A program made the position numbers and the translations under genes. The notes under the pieces are model-generated. The model did not search any database. It saw only the letters and a list, made by a program, of their open reading frames with translations, and was not told the origin of the DNA. Positions 55,601 through 61,600 of a stretch of DNA of 64,000 nucleotides are shown here, one piece after another. The stretch is from Acanthaster planci (lineage: Eukaryota), in NCBI RefSeq assembly GCF_001949145.1, contig NW_019091360.1:3639816-3703815 (forward strand). The letters run 5' to 3'. The first letter of the stretch is position 1. Every line of letters begins with the position of its first letter.

Positions 55601-58600
55601 GATATTATGTTGTGTGTGCTCCCTTTACTGGAGGGTTTCTAGTTAAAAGGATTTCCTTACATTATTATAAATTCATCATGATTCCATCATGATCGTTTTC
55701 AGGGATGGCACTCTCCTTCAACCTTCCAGTAAAAACATCCAGACCTTTGAAGCTGACACAGCCGTCTTGGCTTTACCCAAACCTAAACCAAGGGATGCTG
55801 GCGAGTACAAATGTGTTGCTATCAATCCATCAGGGGAAGATTACTGTACCGCCACACTGATTGTTCAAGGTTAGACAGCCTATTCAAAACTTCGTTAAGT
55901 TCTAGGCTCCTGTACAATCTCACAGTTTATTGGTTTGTTTTGAATTCATGATGCTAAAGATGCTGTGAACCTTAGAAAAATTCACTCATTTGACTACCAT
56001 TTACATTCAGATTATAAAAGGCTGTATTGTGATTATATGGAGTCAAATGGAAATACCACTAGCCCCGTGGGAAGTCACTGGCTTGCAACTGTAACCACTT
56101 CCCATTGACTCATGCATTACCTCTAGCCACCGTCAGTTCAAGACATAGCCTCAGTCTCAAGATTCTACATACTTTGAGCAATCCTTTAATCTTCTTCCAC
56201 AGGGTTTCTCTTCACAACTCTAAATACTTCATTATCCTAACTTTTGTACATGTTGATACTTAACTTTTGGTCATATCAACAGAAATAAGGAAAGCACCAT
56301 CATTTGAAGAAAAACCAACAGTACCAAGTACACCTGAGGGTAAGACTCTATTGCTTGTTGTCTTCCAGAAGTTGAAAGCTGGAGCAGAAATTTCTTGTGA
56401 TGGTAAACCTGAGTAGAAAAAAAAAATTGGCTCTTTTTGTATGTGTAGCCTCCTCTGTTGAATTTTGGTAATGACTGTTTAAATTTTATATGATTACTTT
56501 TTGGTTTAGGTACTGATGCCGTTTTCCGCTGCAAAGTGGAAGGCTCCCCCAAACCGGAAGTCTCTTGGTCCAAGGGCTGGAAGCAGATCAAGCCAGGAGC
56601 AAAGATAGACATCACCTTTGACGATACAACCCAGGAGAGTGTGCTGACTATCAAGGATGTCAAGCCTTCTGATGCTGGCAAGTACACCTGCAAGCTGAGC
56701 AACCAACTGGGAGAAGAGAAGGCCGACGTCAGTCTGGTGGTCACCCCAAAACCAAAAGAAGAGAAGATCCCAGAGAAGCCTGAGATGAAGGAGGAAAAGA
56801 AACCAGAAGAAAAAGTTGAACCACTGGTAAGAATGTGGATTTCATGTCTGTTTCACCCATCTGAAGAAACATTGAGTATTTAGTAAGATATTTCCTTTTT
56901 TTAATTCATAAATTTTGGTCAGAAACCCTGCAAGTTCTTTTGCCCAGCATCTATTCATGTCAGTCAAAATATCAAAAATTGTAATTTTTAGTATCAACAG
57001 TGTACCATTTATCTGTCACTTTCTGATGAAACAGATATAAAGTGAATGTTAAACTTTCTGTATCCAATGTCTAACCAGCCTACTGAGGAGATGAAGCCAG
57101 CCAAACTAGAGGAGATGCCTGCTGAGGTGACGCCAGAAAAGATTATTCCTGTCACTAAGGCGGAGGTAGAAACTGCACCAACCCAAGAACCAGAAGGTGA
57201 TTCACGATAAAATCTTTGCCCAGCTTGCTATTTTCTCAAAATACTGCAGTATACAGTATTCTTGTGTAAATCTGCAGTTATGAATTGTTCGCAAAGTTTC
57301 TTTCAGTATTGACTTTTATCTTCATTTCAGGTCCAGCAAAGTTTGTTGCAAAACCTGGAGCTTTTGTTGAGTCTATCGAAGATGAGGATGCCATGATCAC
57401 TTATGAGATCAGTGATGATATGACGGATGTGAAATGGTTCCGGGAAGGAGAGGAGATTCAAGAAGGTGAAAAGTTTGCCTTCAAGAAGGATGGGCGTCGT
57501 CGCTCCCTTGTTATCAAAGACGCAACCCTTGAGGACAAAGCCAGGTATATGTGCGTTCTCCCAGAAGACAAGGCAGGCACAAAGCTCTTTGTGAAAGGTA
57601 AGTCTCCAAAATTTCTAGTTTAGCCAAAATGATTGCTTTTGATGTGATATGCTTTTGTAACTAGCGCATTTCCAGGTACCTATTAATCTGAAATGTGCTA
57701 CAGTGGAAGGCCGCTATAACAAACACAACAAGGTCCACTCTAAATGTTCCGTACAGCTGTTGTTCGGTGTAGCGAAATTTACTGCCGAACTTTTTTTTGC
57801 CATGTTGAATAGCGCCCTCACTTGTCTAACTGAAGTGCACTCTCTTGTGATAACATGGTTTGCTGTTTTCTGGCTGTTTTGCAGTTGCATACACATTTGA
57901 GGTTTCTAAAAATGTACTTGTTAATTATTTTTGCTTTTTATTAAATTGCAAGTTATAAAATTTATTTCAAGTTTGTCCTAAAAGTGGTGAAGGTACTGCT
58001 CAGGATCGATCTCTAATGCATGCTGTGGGGAATCTTGGTGGTTTGTATATCAGTGGCGCCCACTTTAAACTGATGTTAATGCAATGCCACGGTGCGCGTG
58101 TGGTTTTCTTCCGCAACCGATCACGCAGAGTTGCAAAACCAGTGCCCATTTAATACCATTGGCAGATTAACCGTGCATGCCCTAGCCGTTTCTAGAAGAC
58201 GACTTTGAACAAGTGCGTACCAATGTATCCAGTTTCTCAGCTAGTTAATTACAATTAACTCTTCAACAACTAGTGGCTTTCCCTTCTAATCGTTGGGGAA
58301 ATAATGGCCACTTGTCACTTTCCAACATCAAAACTTGACTGTTTTAAAAGTTGACGTTCGGTAATTACAAACGCCAACTGCAAACTGTTCTGCAGGTTTT
58401 GTGCACAAAATATTGGGAGCCAAGGACAATGTTCGGTACAGCCGAATGTTGGGTATGGCAGTGTTCAGTATAGCGGCATTCCACTGTACTTTGTATCAAC
58501 TTTATTCCTGTGTAGACCATGATGAACACTAAGGGAAAGGTGAGAAATCATCATAAGAAGTAGTCAAAAGCCTGTATTGTATACAACGGTTTTATATAAA

Positions 58601-61600
58601 CTTGTTTATATCAAAATTTGAGCCATTTGAATGAATTTTTTGTGCTCACAAAAATACTTTTGTACTTTTTTGTGTGGAACTTGTTTCCATAGAAACTGTC
58701 CACATTGTCAATATCCCAGAAGAGATGACAATCAAGGAGGCAGATAAGGGAATGCTGAAGGTGGAGTTCAACAAAGACGTCTCCCGTAAGAGGGTCACCT
58801 TCTTCAAGGATGGCAAGGAGCTGAAGTCCAGCAAGAAGTACAAGATTGTCCGCAAGGAGAACACGGCCACCTTGACCATCAATGATGTGGTCCCAGAGGA
58901 TGCTGGAGAGTATACAGTCACGGCAGAGGAGGTGAAGGCAACAGTGACGATGTTTGTTGAAGAGAAGCCCAAACCCAACCCGCCAATCTTTGTGCAGGTA
59001 CCCAAGGCTCTGGACATCATTGAAGGTAGGAAATAGATGTTGGTCACTAAGTCACTAAAGTGACTTGTGTTTTTTCTTTATTTGAAGAGCTTGCATCGTG
59101 ATCATTGTTGATCTATGTTTCAAATTTTCTATTACCTATAAATTGTAAAGAGAATACATTGGGAGACATTTTGCATTGATTTGTAGCTAAATGAAATGAT
59201 TCTTCACCCATAGAGCAACATTCCCTTCATCATTCATGCTTGATACTCCAGTGGCATCTTAACGAGGGGCTGGGGGGAACATTACCCCCAGCAAAGTCTA
59301 TGCCCCTTGGGTTCCAAACATTTTAAATTTAGAAGGCGCACAATCTATGTACAAGTACAGTACTATGTACAGTACATGGCATCCTGATCTGGTTTGTAAG
59401 ATTTGTACTTTATAATGACTAATTTATTATTCATTTGTTATTTATAGAAAGTTTGAATTGGGCTTATCTCTGTTGCAGGTGAGTCTGCCACCTTTCGCTT
59501 CAAAGTTAGCGGTACTCCAGCTCCAACAATTCAGTGGTTCAAAGGATGGCGGGAGATCACACCCGGTGATCAGTTCTCCATGACGTATGACGAGGAGACC
59601 GACGAGCATCGCTTCATTATCCATTCTGTCACTATCAAAGATGCCGGCAAGTACCAGTGTCAGCTGGTCAGCGAGAACGGCCAGACCAAGTACGGCGTCT
59701 CTTTAATGGTGCAAGAGAAGCCAGCAGAAGAGGCTCCGTTTGTCGTCCCATTGAAGAGGTGAGTAGGCATATCATTTTGCTGTAGCCAGAACTTGTTATA
59801 CTTGTGGGTCATGCTTGATGAACTATAGGATCTTGGTGTTTCTGAGAATATACTTTATGAGCAGTGTAGTTTGGATATAACAATATAGACTTCAGTTGTG
59901 GTTTGGGGGGTATTTAGGTAGCCTCTCACCACTGTGGTTGTGGGTTCCATTATACCGACCCAGAACATTTGCCAAGAAGGCTTTCTCTGGGTTCTTCAGT
60001 TTTCTTCCCTTTGCAAAGATCAACACTCACAACCTCTGGTTGTGCTCTATGGTCCGATGTGAATCACTTGGCAGCTGCCTTATAGGTACCTGTACATACC
60101 TTGTGCTTGACCACATTGTAGTTTAGTGTGTCTTATTGTACAGTACATTTGAATATACATTTCAAGGAATGAGCTCTTAATATAATGAATACAGTATTAT
60201 TATTGTGTGATAGAATTTCAAGGGCTGCAGTAATATGTTTGAAATTCCTGTTCTGTCCACAGACGTCCCTCCCAGGAAGTCAAACAGCAAGAGGAAATTG
60301 ACATCATGGCACTCCTGCGGGGCATTGAGCCCAAGGACTATGAGAAGGTGTTGCGGGAGGCTGGCGTCTATGACTTCCGAGCAATCCTGAAGCATCTCAA
60401 GATGATGCAGAAGGAGATGGAAATCGAGGAGGAGCCAGTCTATGAGGTGAGGAGTTATTGTCTTCCGATGTCCTCCTTTAACAGAAAGAGGCAAAGAAAC
60501 TAGCTCTGTATTGAATTGTTTGTCCGATGGTATACCCGTGTATGGCTTCTGGGAGTATCATCAATTGTTAGGAAATTCTCCACAGTACTAAATATTTTTC
60601 TTGTTTGAATTCTCATCCACTCTGTTTTCTTCCTAAAATCACAGTCTGTAAAACACACGCTGCAACTATCAATTCTCTTGTAATCACTTCTGTATTTTCA
60701 CACAAGTGTCTTATCCCCTGTTACCCTCCTAAATGACAAAAGGTGCTGGCAGAAGGAGATGAAATTGAAGAAGTGGAAGCGCTGCAAATCGAGTCGCCCA
60801 TTTTCTCAGTTGCACCTGCCCCAACTGTCTTGAGCCGTGCTGCTGAACCACCCAAAGGTAGGCTCTCTCCCTGTTGCAAACTGTCCTTTAGATGTTTTTG
60901 TTATCTCATCCAAACAGTCCAGCCCTCAAGATTTCCAATTTCTATGCAGAGAGACACTGCGTTCGCTGCTGTCTTTGGCAACTTTCATTTCAACTTCTCC
61001 TGAACATGTTGATTGTTTCAAAGTTTAAACTTCTCAACCAAAGTATTGAACTGATTGTGAAGTAAAAGTTAACATTGCAGTTAGTATGTAGATGTTTGTT
61101 CAATTTTACATAGCTAATAAAATTTGGGTTTATTTTCGGTTTCTTGGTATTGAAGAGAGTCATTAAGTGGCTTTATCTTCAAGTTGACTTTTATGATTGT
61201 TCCTCTGTCGTACGTGCTCTTGACACAAAGTCTCTAGTAGTTCATAGTCTTTTGAAAATATCCCCAGCTTCTGCAGTTGTGGTGTGTTGCGCTTTGTTCA
61301 GCCCCTTTCCAAATGGCGTAGTAACTTGCACACACATCAAATGGTGTCTTGTGTAACTTTGTGTGCTGTGCACAATGGAGTCCTACTAAACTATGAAATT
61401 AACCTATCAGTCCTAATGGTGGTGAGCGATTGCCCCTAGTTTAATCCACCTGTTTTTAAGACTTGTTACTTGGCACAATCTTTCCATACATGCACTTGCT
61501 AATTAGCATAAATGGGTAAGTGTTGTTGCTTGCTTACAAAAAGCATTTTTATGGCTGTACCATTTACATTCCTGCTACCTAAATAGGTAAGTATAAGCTT

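Larger units (their letters stand above)
43669..56826 (+). repeat. Tandem array of four-exon Ig-PEVK-Ig cassettes (~2.3-2.7 kb each)
   Basis: Exon lengths 57/large/77/167 nt recur with identical phases; exon and some intron sequences alignable between units. Confidence 0.95.

Noticed and set aside
43669..56826. CRISPR-like or prokaryotic repeat system
   Set aside because: Repeats are kilobase-scale coding exon duplications in a spliced animal gene; no repeat-spacer structure or cas genes
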